Below are positions 53,077-64,000 of a DNA stretch of 64,000 nucleotides, in pieces. This DNA comes from Azolla caroliniana. Taxonomy: Eukaryota > Plantae > Polypodiophyta. The notes beneath the pieces were generated by a model. That model was given only the letters and a program-made list of their open reading frames with translations, did not search any database and was not told the DNA's origin. The position numbers and the translations under genes were made by a program. Location of the stretch: assembly GCA_043228905.1 (NCBI GenBank), contig JBHGNT010000005.1, positions 22,072,001 through 22,136,000 on the forward strand, read 5' to 3'. The stretch's first letter is position 1; each line of letters opens with the position of its first letter.

Positions 53077-56000
53077 TGGTATCAGAGAGTTTTGGTAGCT
53101 TGATCTAGCCCATTCGCCTCATCGTGATCGTGTGTTGTGCTCTACGCCGACGACCAAGAACCAGCTCATAGCTATCGTAGCTTCGCTACATAGCTCGCAT
53201 TCGAAGAGAGAAGAAGAAGAAGAAGAATCGACATAATGAATACTCAAATGGGGAGCGCTCTCCCTACCGAGAAGTTGGATCGAAACAACTTTGCATCTTG
53301 GGAGTACAAGATGCACCAATACCTTGTCGGACAAGGCTATTGGAGCTACATCAAAGGAGCGCATGAAGACCGACCCGCCGAAGCGGCTCCCGGATACGTG
53401 ACATGGGAGCAAGCCACAAGCCACGTGATGTATTGCGTGACATGGGAGCAAGCCACAAGCCACGTGATGTATTGTTTGGCGACATGTGTTCACGACCACA
53501 TGCTCGGTTACATTCGAGAAGCCAAGACGCCGAAGGAAGTGTGGGAAAATCTACGAAAGATTTTCGCCGCCAACACGACCGCGAGGAAGCTTCAACTCCG
53601 CCAAGAGTTGAACAACATTAAACAAAGGGACATGTCCATCACGACATACACCTTGAAGATCAAGGAGCTTTGCGACTCGCTTGGCTCAATAAGCGTAAGT
53701 ATAGATGATGATGAGATGGTGAAAATATGCCTCGACGGCCTCGCACCACGGTTCGGCACGATGCGAACTGCCGTTCTAGCATGGGAGAAATCTCCCTCCT
53801 TCTTCGAGCTCCAATCAATGCTATTGGTCGAAGAAAACCACGTGCGTACAAGGAGCAATGAGTCGGAAGGCCACATGCTCTACACGTACTCGAATGGAGG
53901 AAGAGGACGCGGACGAGCAAGAGGCCGATTCGGCCAAGGACAAGGCGGACGAGGTCCGACCTACGACAACAACTCCCAATTTCGGCCGCAAAACGGAGGC
54001 CAACAAGGAACTTTCGCAAGAAGGGTGAGCTTCCACTCCGGCCCGAGCCGTCAAAACGCAACCGAATGCGAATATTGCGGAAAGCTCGGCCACCATGAAG
54101 AAGAGTGCCGAAAGAAGATGCGTGAATCGGCTTCCACAAGCCGACAACTCACGAATTACGCACACAACTCCGACTATGAAGATCGTGGCGGAATCTATGC
54201 ACACAACTCCGACCGTGGCAAAATGTACGGGCACAACTCTGACTACGAAGATCATGGCGGAATGTATGCGCACAACTCCGACCATGGCGGAATGTTCATG
54301 ATGAAACATAGAGCAAACTCTATGTCGGCCGCTACCTCAACTAGTGCCTCCGGTCCGGAAGACGTATGGTTCGTCGATTCCGGTGCCTCGAATCATATGA
54401 CATCGCATCAAGAATGGTTCCGAGAACTTCGAGAGCCGGACCGACCCGGCTATGTCGAAACCGGAGACGACACTACGCACCCGATTCGGCACATTGGCAA
54501 TGTTCCGTTCGGAGAAGAAGGTAAGCAAAATTACATTTAAAATGTCTTGCATGTACGGACCATTACGAAGAATTTGGTCTTCGTCGGCCAAATTGTAGAG
54601 CAAGGGATGCAAGTTCGATTTAATCAAGGCGGTTGCTTCATCGAAAAAGAGGGCCGACTCATCGCACGCGGACGAAGAGAGGGCTGGATGTTCATTCTCG
54701 ATTCACGCGAGATGAAATCCGCCATGTTCGCGAAAAACACGAAAGCTGACTCCGACATAGAGCTATGGCACAAGCGAATCGGCCACATCAATCTCAACAA
54801 ACTCAAAGCAATGAAATCGAAAGGAGTCGTCATCGGACTCTCGACATTCAAAGAGAAGGAGATTGAAGGTGTATGCGAAGCGTGCCAATTCGGTAAGCAA
54901 CATCGAAACCTATTCCCGAAAGAGTGGAACGTGAGCAAAGGTCTACTCGACGTAGTCCATTTCGACGTATGGGGACCGATGCAGACGGCTACATTCGGCG
55001 GATGCCGATATTACGTGCTCTTCATCGACGACTTCTCTAGGCACACTTGGATCTACCCGATGCGGCAAAAGAGCGAAGTGTTCGGACACTTCCAAAATTT
55101 CAAGAATGAATTCGAGAAAGCCACGGGCCGACATGTACGATGCCTTCGATCGAATGGCGGCAAGGAGTACTTCTCGGATGATTTCACGGCGTATAACCGA
55201 AAGGAAGGAATTCGGCGAGAATTCACTTGCCGACACACTCCGCAACAAAATGGGGTAGCCGGGCGCAAAAATTGGCACATCCTTGAAGTAGCGCGGGCCA
55301 TGATGAACGAGAAGCATATGCCCAAGTCATAATCGGCCGAAGCTGCAAATACGACCGTGTACCTAATGAACCGGTGCACAACATCTAGCGTGCACGAGGT
55401 CACTCCGCACGAAAAATACTTCGGAAAGAAGCCAGACTTATCGCACATCCGCATATTCGGAGAGATAGCGTACGTGCACATCCCCGACGAGAAGCGTCAA
55501 AAGCTTGACCCGAAGTCGGAGAAATGTATCCTCATAGGATACTCATTGGAGCAAAAGGGGTATAAGTGCTACAACCCTTCAACTCGAAAATCTCAAGTAA
55601 GTTGAGACGTTGTTTTTGACGAGTTCGCATCCTGGTACGCACCAGAGACAACTCCGACTCCAACTCCGCTCGACCCGGAATCTGCCGACCAAGAGATCGA
55701 GGATGAAGATCGCCCTACGCGCATGATTGAAGAAAGTCTGATCACGACCCGACTGAGCGGACCACAAGAGCCGTTGAGCGATCAAAGCACATCACGGCCG
55801 AGCCCGAAGATGGACAATGGCAAGGCAAAAATGGCGGAATATGAAGACGATCGCTTCGACGAGGATGAATCGACTCACTCACTCGACAATGAGTTCGGCG
55901 GCTTCGATGTACCAATCAGAGCTAAGAAAGCCCTCATCTCTGCAAATGAAAAGCTCCGCCGATCCACTCGTGAAAAGAACCCCGTAAGCCGATTCGGCTA

Positions 56001-57021
56001 CAACGAGTATATGGCCTACCATTACGCCTTTATGATGAAGGTAGTGACAGTACGGGAGCCGGAAACCTTTTCAAAAGCCACGAAGGACCCGCGATGGATC
56101 GAAGCAATGAACGAGGAGATGAAGGCACTACGGAAGAACGAGACGTGGGATCTCATTCCCACCTCACCACACAAAAAGGGGATCGGATGCAGATGGATCT
56201 ACAAGGTGAAGTATAACGCTGATGGCTCCGTAAACCGCTACAAAGCTCGACTCGTAGCGAAAGGATTCGCTTAGACGCATGGCGTCGACTACGAAGAGAC
56301 CTTTGCCCCGGTGGCAAAGATGATGACGGTGCAGACCATAATTGTGATTGCCACGACGAAAGGGTGACACCTCCATCAAATGGACGTCAAGAACGCCTTT
56401 CTACAAGGCGAATTAGAAGAGGAGGTGTACATGATCCAACCACCCAGCTTCAACTCGAGCACCCATCCGAAAGCTGTTTGCCGACTCAAGAAGCCACTCT
56501 ACGGCCTCAAGCAAGCACCGCGTGCTTGGCATTCGAAGATAACGCAATATCTTCATCAAATCGGCTTCCCTACGTCAAAATCGGACAACTCCCTCTACAT
56601 ACGAAGCGATTCCACAAGTCCGATCGTCATCATCTTATATGTGGATGACCTAGTCATTGGAGGTGAGCATCTCGTCGAAATCACTAAGGTCAAATCCCTC
56701 CTTTCCGACAAGTTTGAGATGAAAGACATGAAGGAGCTCCACTACTTCCTCGGCATCGAGGTAATTCGGACTCCGGCCGGAATCATGATCTCTCAACGAC
56801 ACTACATCCTCAACTTGTTATACAAGTTCGGGATGGCTGAGTGCAAATCCGTGGCAACCCCGCTCGATCGTATTCTCAAACTAGATGCGAACTCCGGCAC
56901 CAAAGCGTGTGAGCCGACTAAACTCATCGGGAGTCTCATCTACCTCACGATCACTCGACCCGATCTCAGTTATCTGGTCGGTCTCCTTAGCCAATTCATG
57001 CAAACACCGTGTGATACTCAC

Positions 57022-57653
57022 TGTTAGGAAACAGGTCCCTCCGGATGGAAAGTGAGAAGAACAGTGCTGATGAGAAACTCGGCCGAGGCCGAAACCAGAT
57101 GAAGAGTACCCGGCTATGGAAGACCCGGTGAGAACCGGATGAGGAGTAGCCGGCAAGAGCCGGATGGTGAAGGCCCGGTGAGAAGTGCTCACCGGATGAA
57201 GGGACATATTCATAAATACGTTTCCTAAGAGTCCATCGGGGCTATATTTGTAAATAGCCGAAAAGTCATATTAGTATAAATATGACTTAGGGCAAACTCT
57301 TTTATAGATGTTGTCATTCTTGTTGGTGCAAGACTAGAGAGCGCATAACAGTGTACAGAGAGAGAGAGAGAGAGAGGAAGAGGTCGTTGCCTCTATTGTA
57401 ACCGCCGCCTGTGGCGAAGATCGTGAGCACGAGGTCGTTGCCTCCGTGAGCTCACTATTGTAATCATTGTGATATAGTGATAGTTTGGAGTCTGTGGACT
57501 CCCGTGGTTTTTCCCTCTCAGGCTTTTCCACGTTAAACATCTTGTGTACTCTTCTCTCCTTTTGTGTCGTGCATTCATTCCGTGTTTTTCTGTGTTTTAA
57601 TTCTAAGCTCAGTTGTGGCCGAGCGTTGTTCATCGGAGCGTGTGTTCCTGTCA
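57022..57653 (+). repeat. Copia A 5' LTR (632 bp)
   Basis: TGTTAGG...TGTCA. Confidence 0.95.
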
Positions 57654-57683
57654 AAGTGGTATCAGAGCAAAACGACACAGAAA

Positions 57684-60600
57684 ATGGATGATTCGTTGGG
57701 AGGCATGTTCAAGCTCACCGACTCCAACTATTCGGTGTGGAAGTCGAAGATGAGGGACATGCTTGTGGTTAAAGATCTTTGGTTGCCGGTTCAGTTCGGG
57801 GACAAGAGACCGGACAAAATCGACGCCACGATATGGGAGGTGATGCACATGAAGACAACGACGTACATGCGGTGCTTCTTCAACATGAGCCTATACAACA
57901 ACTTCAATGAAGAGAGCAAGGCTCATGAGCTCTGGGAGAAGATCAACATAATGTTTCAAAACAAAAATGTTGTTAATCAGGTTTCGGTATTCCGGAAGCT
58001 AGTAAGACTCCGGTACCAAGATGGCTCCAGCATGGCGGAGCACATGAATGCTTTCCAGGGGCTGATCCACCAGGAAACATCATTGGAAGTACCACTTGTC
58101 GATGAGGTACTAGCAGTACTCCTGCTCGGTTCCCTCCCGGATAGCTGGGTGACGTTGGTTGTCACCTTGGGCAACGCCGGGCCGGAAGGGAAACGGTTAT
58201 CCCTAGCAAGAGTGAAGTAGAGCTTGCTAGATGAGGAGGTGCGTCGGAAAGATAAGGATACGAGCTCCGACTCCAAAGCGCTCCTTACCGAATCGGAACG
58301 CGGAAGACAAAGAAACCGTAGTCCCCAGAACTGGGAAAAGTCGCAGACACGGTCAAAGTCAAGGGGGAGGCCTACTTGCTTCTATTGCGGCAAGCCGGGA
58401 CACTTCCAGAAGAACTATCGGCACTTCCGAAAAGACAAGGAAACCGACTATACCAATTTGAAGCGGACACCGGACCGGAATGGTAAAGACCGGAGGGGGC
58501 CGGACCAGAAGGGAATGATGGCAATCACGGCAAGTGAAGAAGAGCTGATGCTCATCACCGAGGAGAGTGAGCTAAACCTTACCGGCGACGAGATGACCTG
58601 GGTGGTCGACTCCGGAGCGTCGTTCCACCTTACCTTGGATCGGAAATGCTTCTCATCTTACTCAGCTGGTGATCATGGCTGTGTCCGGATGGGGAATGAA
58701 GGTACATGCCGAATTGTCGGCATAGGAGACGTGTGGCTGACAACATCAACCGGATGCAAGTTGCAGCTGAAGGATGTCCGACATGTTCCGGAGGTTCGTC
58801 TGAACCTGATATCAGCCGGTCGGCTAGATGATGAAGGCTACATGGGTAGCATCCGGAACGGTGTTATGAAGTTCAATGTTGTACTTGATAAATGCCCGGT
58901 TATGTCCGGAGGAAGTGAACGTGTCATCTGACACTGTCAGTGAGCTGTGGCACAAAAGGCTGTGTCACATGAGCGAGAACGGGATGAAGAGGCTTGCAGA
59001 CGACAACCTCATTCCAGTGAAGAACATGCACTTGGAGAAGTGCACTGATTGTCTGGCCGGTAAGCAAAACCGGACCTCCTTCCGACCAAGGCCACCGATG
59101 AGACGTAATGCACCACAGGAGTTGGTGCATACTGATGTGTGTCAAGTGGACACGAAGTCACATGCAGGATCGCAGTACTTCGTGACGTTCATAGATGACC
59201 ACAACTGGAAGCGGTGGGCTACACCGTTGAAGACGAAGGATCAGGTGTTATCCGTCTTCAAAGAACTCCACGCGAGAGTGGAAAGAGAAACTGGCCGGAA
59301 GTTGAAGGCGGTTCGAGCAGATAACGAAGGTGAATACCGGGGGCAGTTCGAGGAGTATTGTCGCTTGAAGGGAATCCGGCTCGAATTTACCGTGCCGAAG
59401 ACGCCGGAACTAAACGGGCTGGCCGAGAGGATGAACCGGACCATAATGGAGAGGCTCCGGAGTATGCTGGCGCATGCAAAACTACCCAATAAGTTTTGGG
59501 CTGAGGCATTGTCGACGGCGACATATGTGATAAACAGATCACCCTCAGTACCCTTGGACGGAGACACGCCACAGAGAGTATGGACCGGTAAGGAAGTATC
59601 CTACCGGCATCTGAAGGTATTCAGGTGTCTTGCGTATGTGCATGTAGCTAAGGATCGGAGAGGAAAGTTGGATCGAAAGACCCGGCCATGCATATTCCTC
59701 GGTTACGATGACGATGAGTTCGGCTACCGAGTGTGGGACTTGGTTGACAAGAAGGTATTTCGGAGTCGAGATATTATCTTCATGGAGGACAAGACGCTCA
59801 CCGACTGGGAGTCGGAGAAGAAGATAATGAACTCCGAGTCGACTGGTAAGGATCAATTCTACAATGAGCAGACCCAACCGGCAAGAGACCGGTTAGCACT
59901 CGAGGAACCAGCCGGTTACGGTGAGGATACCGAACCGGCAGAAAAAGAAGTAGAGGAAGCTGAAACCGGAACCGGCCAAGACCCCGAATCAGATTCGGAT
60001 GAAGAGCGAATGGAGGGCCCGATTACCGAAGCCCAAAGACGGAGATATCCTCTCAGAGAGAGAAGGCCCCCCCGGAGATTTCCGGATGCAGAGCTTGTGC
60101 TGCTAACCGATGAGGGGGAGCCAGAAAGCTTCGTAGAGGCGAAGGATGACACCCACAACTGCAAATGGTTAAGTGCCATGCAAGATGAGATGGATTCCTT
60201 GCATGAGAACCATACGTACGAATTGGTGGAGTTGCAGAAAGGAAAGCGGGCACTCCGAAATAAGTGGGTGTACAAGTTGAAACAGGGAGATGCCGGAAAC
60301 CCCTCGAGATACAAAGCCAAGATCGTGGTGAAGGGGTTCAAGCAGAAGAAGGGCGTGGACTTCGACGAGATATTTGCCCCGGTAGTAAAGATGACCTCCA
60401 TCCGGACGGTGCTGAGTATAGTGGCAAGCATGGACCTCGAGGTAGAGTAGCTGGACGTGAAGACGATATTCCTTCATGGTGACCTCGAAGAGGAGATCTA
60501 CATGCAGCAACCAGAAGGATTCGTGGAGAAGGGGAAGGAGCACCTGGTATGTCGGTTGAAGAAGAGCCTGTACAAACTGAAGCAGGCTCCCCGACAATGG

Positions 60601-61689
60601 TACCAGAAGTTCGACTCCTTCATGACCGATCAAGGGTACCACAAGACGCAGGCCGATCACTACGTGTTTGTGAAGAAGTTCAAAGTAGGGGACTTCCTAA
60701 TACTCCTTCTGTACGTGGACGACATGTTGATCGTCGGACGGGACCAAGCCAAAATACGGATGATGAAGAAGGCTCTCAACCGAACCTTCGCGATGAAAGA
60801 CTTGGGTCCGGCAAGACAGATGCTGGGGATGCATATCATCCGGAACCGGCCAACGAAGAAACTGTGGCTGTCACAGGAGAAATACGTGACAAAGGTGCTT
60901 CAGCGGTTCAACATGTCAGATGCGAAACCGGTCGGGTCGACACTTCCGGCAAACTACAGGTTATTCGGTAAGCAAAGCCTGAAGACGAAAGCAGACAAGG
61001 CGGATATGATGAAGGTTCCATATGCCTCTGCCATCGGGAGCTTAATGTACGCAATGGTGTGTACCCGACCGGATATAGGATACGTAGTCGGAGTGGTGAG
61101 CCGGTTTATGAGCAATCCCGGCAAAGAGCACTGGAACGCGGTCAAATGGATACTCCGGTACTTGAAGGGCACTTCAAATATGTGTCTCCGATTCGGCTCC
61201 GGAAAACCTCAACTTGACGGTTTTACCGATTCGGACATGTCGGCTGATGTGGACACCAGCCGGTCTACATCCGGGTATGTAATGACATATGTAGGGGGAG
61301 CTCTTTCGTGGCAGTCGAGGCTGCAGAAGACGGTTGCGTTGTCAACCACGGAGGCGGAGTACATGGCGGCTGTGGAAGCCGACAAGGAAATATTATGGAT
61401 GAAGGACTTCATCGGAGAGTTTGGTATCCGGCAAGATGAATACCGGCTCTATTGCGACAGTCAAAGTGCCATCCACCTTGCTAAGAATGCGGCCTACCAT
61501 TCCCGGACGAAGCACATCCAGCGTAGGTATCACTGGATCCGGGAGCGAGTGGAAGATCGAGAGTTCGCGCTGACGAAGATCTACACGGCCGAGAACGGGT
61601 CAGATATGCTGACCAAAGTACTGGTAGCCGACAAGCTGGATGCATGGCGGAAGCGGATCGGACTGGTAAGACATCCAATGCTGGAGTGA
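57684..61689 (+). pseudogene. Copia A gag-pol polyprotein
   Basis: MDDSLGGMFKL start; CFYCGKPGH, WVVDSGAS, LWHKRLCH, NGLAERMNRT, YVDDML, HSRTKHI. Confidence 0.92.
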
Positions 61690-61699
61690 AGGGGGAGTT

Positions 61700-62309
61700 T
61701 GTTAGGAAACAGGTCCCCCCGGATGGGAAGTGAGAAGAACAGTGCTGATGAGAAACTCGGCCGAGGCCGAAACCGGATGAAGAGTACCCGACTACGGAAG
61801 ACCCGGTGAGAACCGGATGAGGAGTACCCGGCAAGAGCCTGATGGTGAAAGCCCAGTGAGAAGTGCTATATGCATAAATACGTTTCCTGAGAGTCCATCG
61901 GGGCTATATTTGTAAATAGCCGAAAAGTCATATTAGTATAAATATGACTTAGGGCAAACTCTTTTATAGATGTTGTCATTCTTGTTGGTGCAAGACTAGA
62001 GAGTGCGTAACAGTGTATAGAGAGAGAGAGAGGAAGAGGTCATTGCCTCTGTTGTAACCGCCGCCTATGGCGAAGATCGTGAGCACGAGGTCATTGCCTC
62101 CATGAGCTCACTGTTGTAATCATTGTGATATAGTGATAGTTTGGAGTCTGTGGACTCCCGTGGTTTTTCCCTCTCAGGGTTTTCCACGTTAAACATCCTG
62201 TGTACTCTTCTCTCCTTTTGTGTCGTGCATTCATTCCCCGTTTTTCTGTGTTTTGATTCTAAGCTCGGGGTTGGCCGAGCGTTGTTCATTGGAGCGTGTG
62301 TTCCTGTCA
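61700..62309 (+). repeat. Copia A 3' LTR (610 bp)
   Basis: Aligns to 57022-57653 with about 30 substitutions and a ~17-bp deletion. Confidence 0.95.
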
Positions 62310-63171
62310 CTCACTTGGATTGCGCTAAGCGAGTTCTATGATACGTGAGCAACATAATGGATTGCGGCATCCTCTACAAGACCGCGATGCCAATACGACT
62401 CGAGGGGTACACAGACGCCGATTGGGCCAGCTACAAATCGGATAAAAGATCAACTTCCGGATTTGTTTTCTCCCTCGGCAGCGGAGCAATATCCTGGAGT
62501 AGCAAGAAGCAGCCTACTGTTGCTCTTTCGAGTATGAAGGCAGAATACAGGGGCGCAACCGTAGCTGTCTGTGAAGCCGTATGGCTCAAGAGGATTTTGA
62601 ACGATCTGGGCGTACCCATCAAGGATCCGACTTCCCTTTACTGCGACAACATGAGCAATATCTATCTGGCTCGGAACTCGGTGTTCCACGCGCGGACAAA
62701 GCACATTGAAGTGCACTATCACTTCATCTGAGAGCGCGTTCTGGCTGGCGATGTCGACCTACAACACATTAGCACCAATCTTCAAACGGCCAACATCTTC
62801 ACCAAAGCCTTAGGAGCCGACAAGCTATGGCAATTCATGACTGATCTCAGATTGACGATCCCTGACCTGCCAAGCTTGAGGGGGAGTACTGAAGACACTA
62901 CGCAATAACGCGTGGATTCCACAACCACGCAACGAAGCAGAGAAGAGCCGATCTACCGTGCAAAGCCTCGAAGAAGCCGAAGTACAGACTTCGCAACTAT
63001 GCACGCAAGCCGAAGCACAGACTTCGTAACTACGCACAACGCAAGTTGGAGCACGGATTCCGCAACTCTGCATAAAGTGAGCCGACGTGAGTCGACGCGG
63101 ACTCTGGAACGCGAGTTGAAGTGGATTTCGGATACCGTTTGAAACCGACCCGACTTGAGTTTGAGGGGGCA

Positions 63172-63558
63172 TGTTGAAAATCAAGCTCAACTTGGTCTAG
63201 TGTGTGAATTCACCTTGAGAGTGAAGAGACACTCCAATGGTCAAGAGTCACCATTATGTCACCACTTTGTATTCTAGCATTTAGTATGAGTCATACAATC
63301 ATATTCTATGACACATAACTTATGAGCTTTCACATTCCCCATGCTCCATGAGGCTTGTAGTTAATGAAGAGAGAGGGTGACTACATAAAGCACCCTCCTC
63401 CCACCTTGTATAGTGTTGAGTCTTTCTCCTTGGTCAATATACTTTTACCTTGCGTATTCTCTGTGTTTCACTCACTCTCTCTCTCTCTCTCTCTCTTACA
63501 CACACACATAACTCACATCTCTTCTGCTTCACAAGAATCCATCTCTTGATTCTTTAAA
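63172..63558 (+). repeat. Copia C 3' LTR (387 bp)
   Basis: Differs from the 5' LTR by 4 substitutions and 2 extra CT units; the terminal CA reads AA. Confidence 0.95.
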
Positions 63559-64000
63559 GTATTACATCTAGGATCCCTTTGCTCATGTTCCTCTTCTTTG
63601 GGAACGGTTGTCGGTGTTGTTTACCGAATTGGTAGGCTTCGCATACACCTGTAACCTCCTTCTCAGTAAAGGCTGGGAGTCCAATGATGACTCCTTTTGA
63701 CTACATTCCTTGGAGCTTCTGGAGATTAATGTGGCCGATTCTTCTGTGCCATAGCTCTATGTTGGCGTTGGCTTTATGGACCTTGGCAAACATTGTCGAT
63801 TTTATCTCGTGAGAGTCGAGGATGAAAAATCGGCCTTTTCTTCTTCCTCAAGCGATAATTCAGCCTTCTGTTTCGATGAAGCATCCTCGGTTGTTGAACC
63901 GAACTTGCATGCCTTGTTGCACAATCTGGCCTACCAAGTCCAGATTCTTCGTTATTGTTGGAACATGCAAGATGTTCTTGATGTAAGTTTGGTTGCCCTC

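Larger units (their letters stand above)
57022..62309 (+). mobile_element. Copia element A, full length (innermost insert)
   Basis: TSD CTCAC (57017-57021 and 62310-62314). PBS TGGTATCAGAGC at 57657. PPT GAAGGGGGAG at 61688. gag-pol with 2 in-frame TAG stops and a frameshifting deletion near 58876. Confidence 0.95.
53236..62890 (+). pseudogene. Copia C gag-pol polyprotein, disrupted and split at 57021/62315
   Basis: ORFs 53236..54540, 54547..55332, 55357..55605, 55723..56274, 56380..57027 and 62345..62731 are colinear Copia domains. Confidence 0.9.
52694..63558 (+). mobile_element. Copia element C, full length, interrupted by Copia A
   Basis: TSD GTATT (52689-52693 and 63559-63563). PBS TGGTATCAGAG (iMet) at 53077. 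gag, CCHC knuckle, PR (WFVDSGAS), INT, RT, RNase H with several stops. PPT at about 63163. Confidence 0.95.
43008..64000 (-). mobile_element. Copia element B (outer host), split by the Gypsy and Copia C; its 5' part lies beyond the window
   Basis: Pieces: GAG-pre-integrase and start of INT at 64000-63564, INT-RT at 52693-50610, end of RT and RNase H at 44183-43650, then PPT and 3' LTR. Removing the inserts restores ILDVIHLDVWGP and KQVLRYVS. Confidence 0.9.

Noticed and set aside
57067-57095. Hammerhead-like CTGATGA...GGCCGAGGCCGAAAC in the Copia A LTR (also at about 61745)
   Set aside because: The core words are present, but I could not form stem I. The best stem III partners give only 3 bp (upstream GGTC) or a GUG triplet, which is not an NUH cleavage site. 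An Infernal search would settle it.
53119-62341. Many antisense and LTR-derived ORFs over the Copia elements
   Set aside because: These are shadows of GC-rich gag-pol or LTR sequence with no independent coding signal.

Overview
Repeat-dominated plant nuclear DNA; the element mix suggests a non-seed plant such as a fern or lycophyte (inference). There are two intact spliced genes, both on the minus strand: a purine permease (PUP) family transporter (13660-12907 + 11748-11258) and a Ser-rich, At1g65710-like protein with an N-terminal MGSC motif (26580-24976 + 24033-23155). Bases 1-8.3 kb are a pile of LINE and Copia fragments and solo LTRs. Bases 32-40.4 kb hold two hAT-type MITEs with 8-bp TSDs, a 3'-truncated L1-like LINE, an LTR-like segment and a decayed LINE. 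Bases 43-64 kb are a resolvable nest: minus-strand Copia B carries a Gypsy (44184-50605) and a related Copia C (52694-63558), and C carries Copia A (57022-62309). The most notable signals are: (1) tRNA-spaced A-box/B-box modules set antisense in the U3 of two different LTR families; (2) an inner element whose LTRs are about 5 times more diverged than its host's; (3) a LINE whose ORF1 and AUG-less ORF2 are in frame across a single UAG followed by a hairpin; (4) three independent insertions in the same ~60-bp homologous window of Copia RT. All counts and alignments were done by eye.
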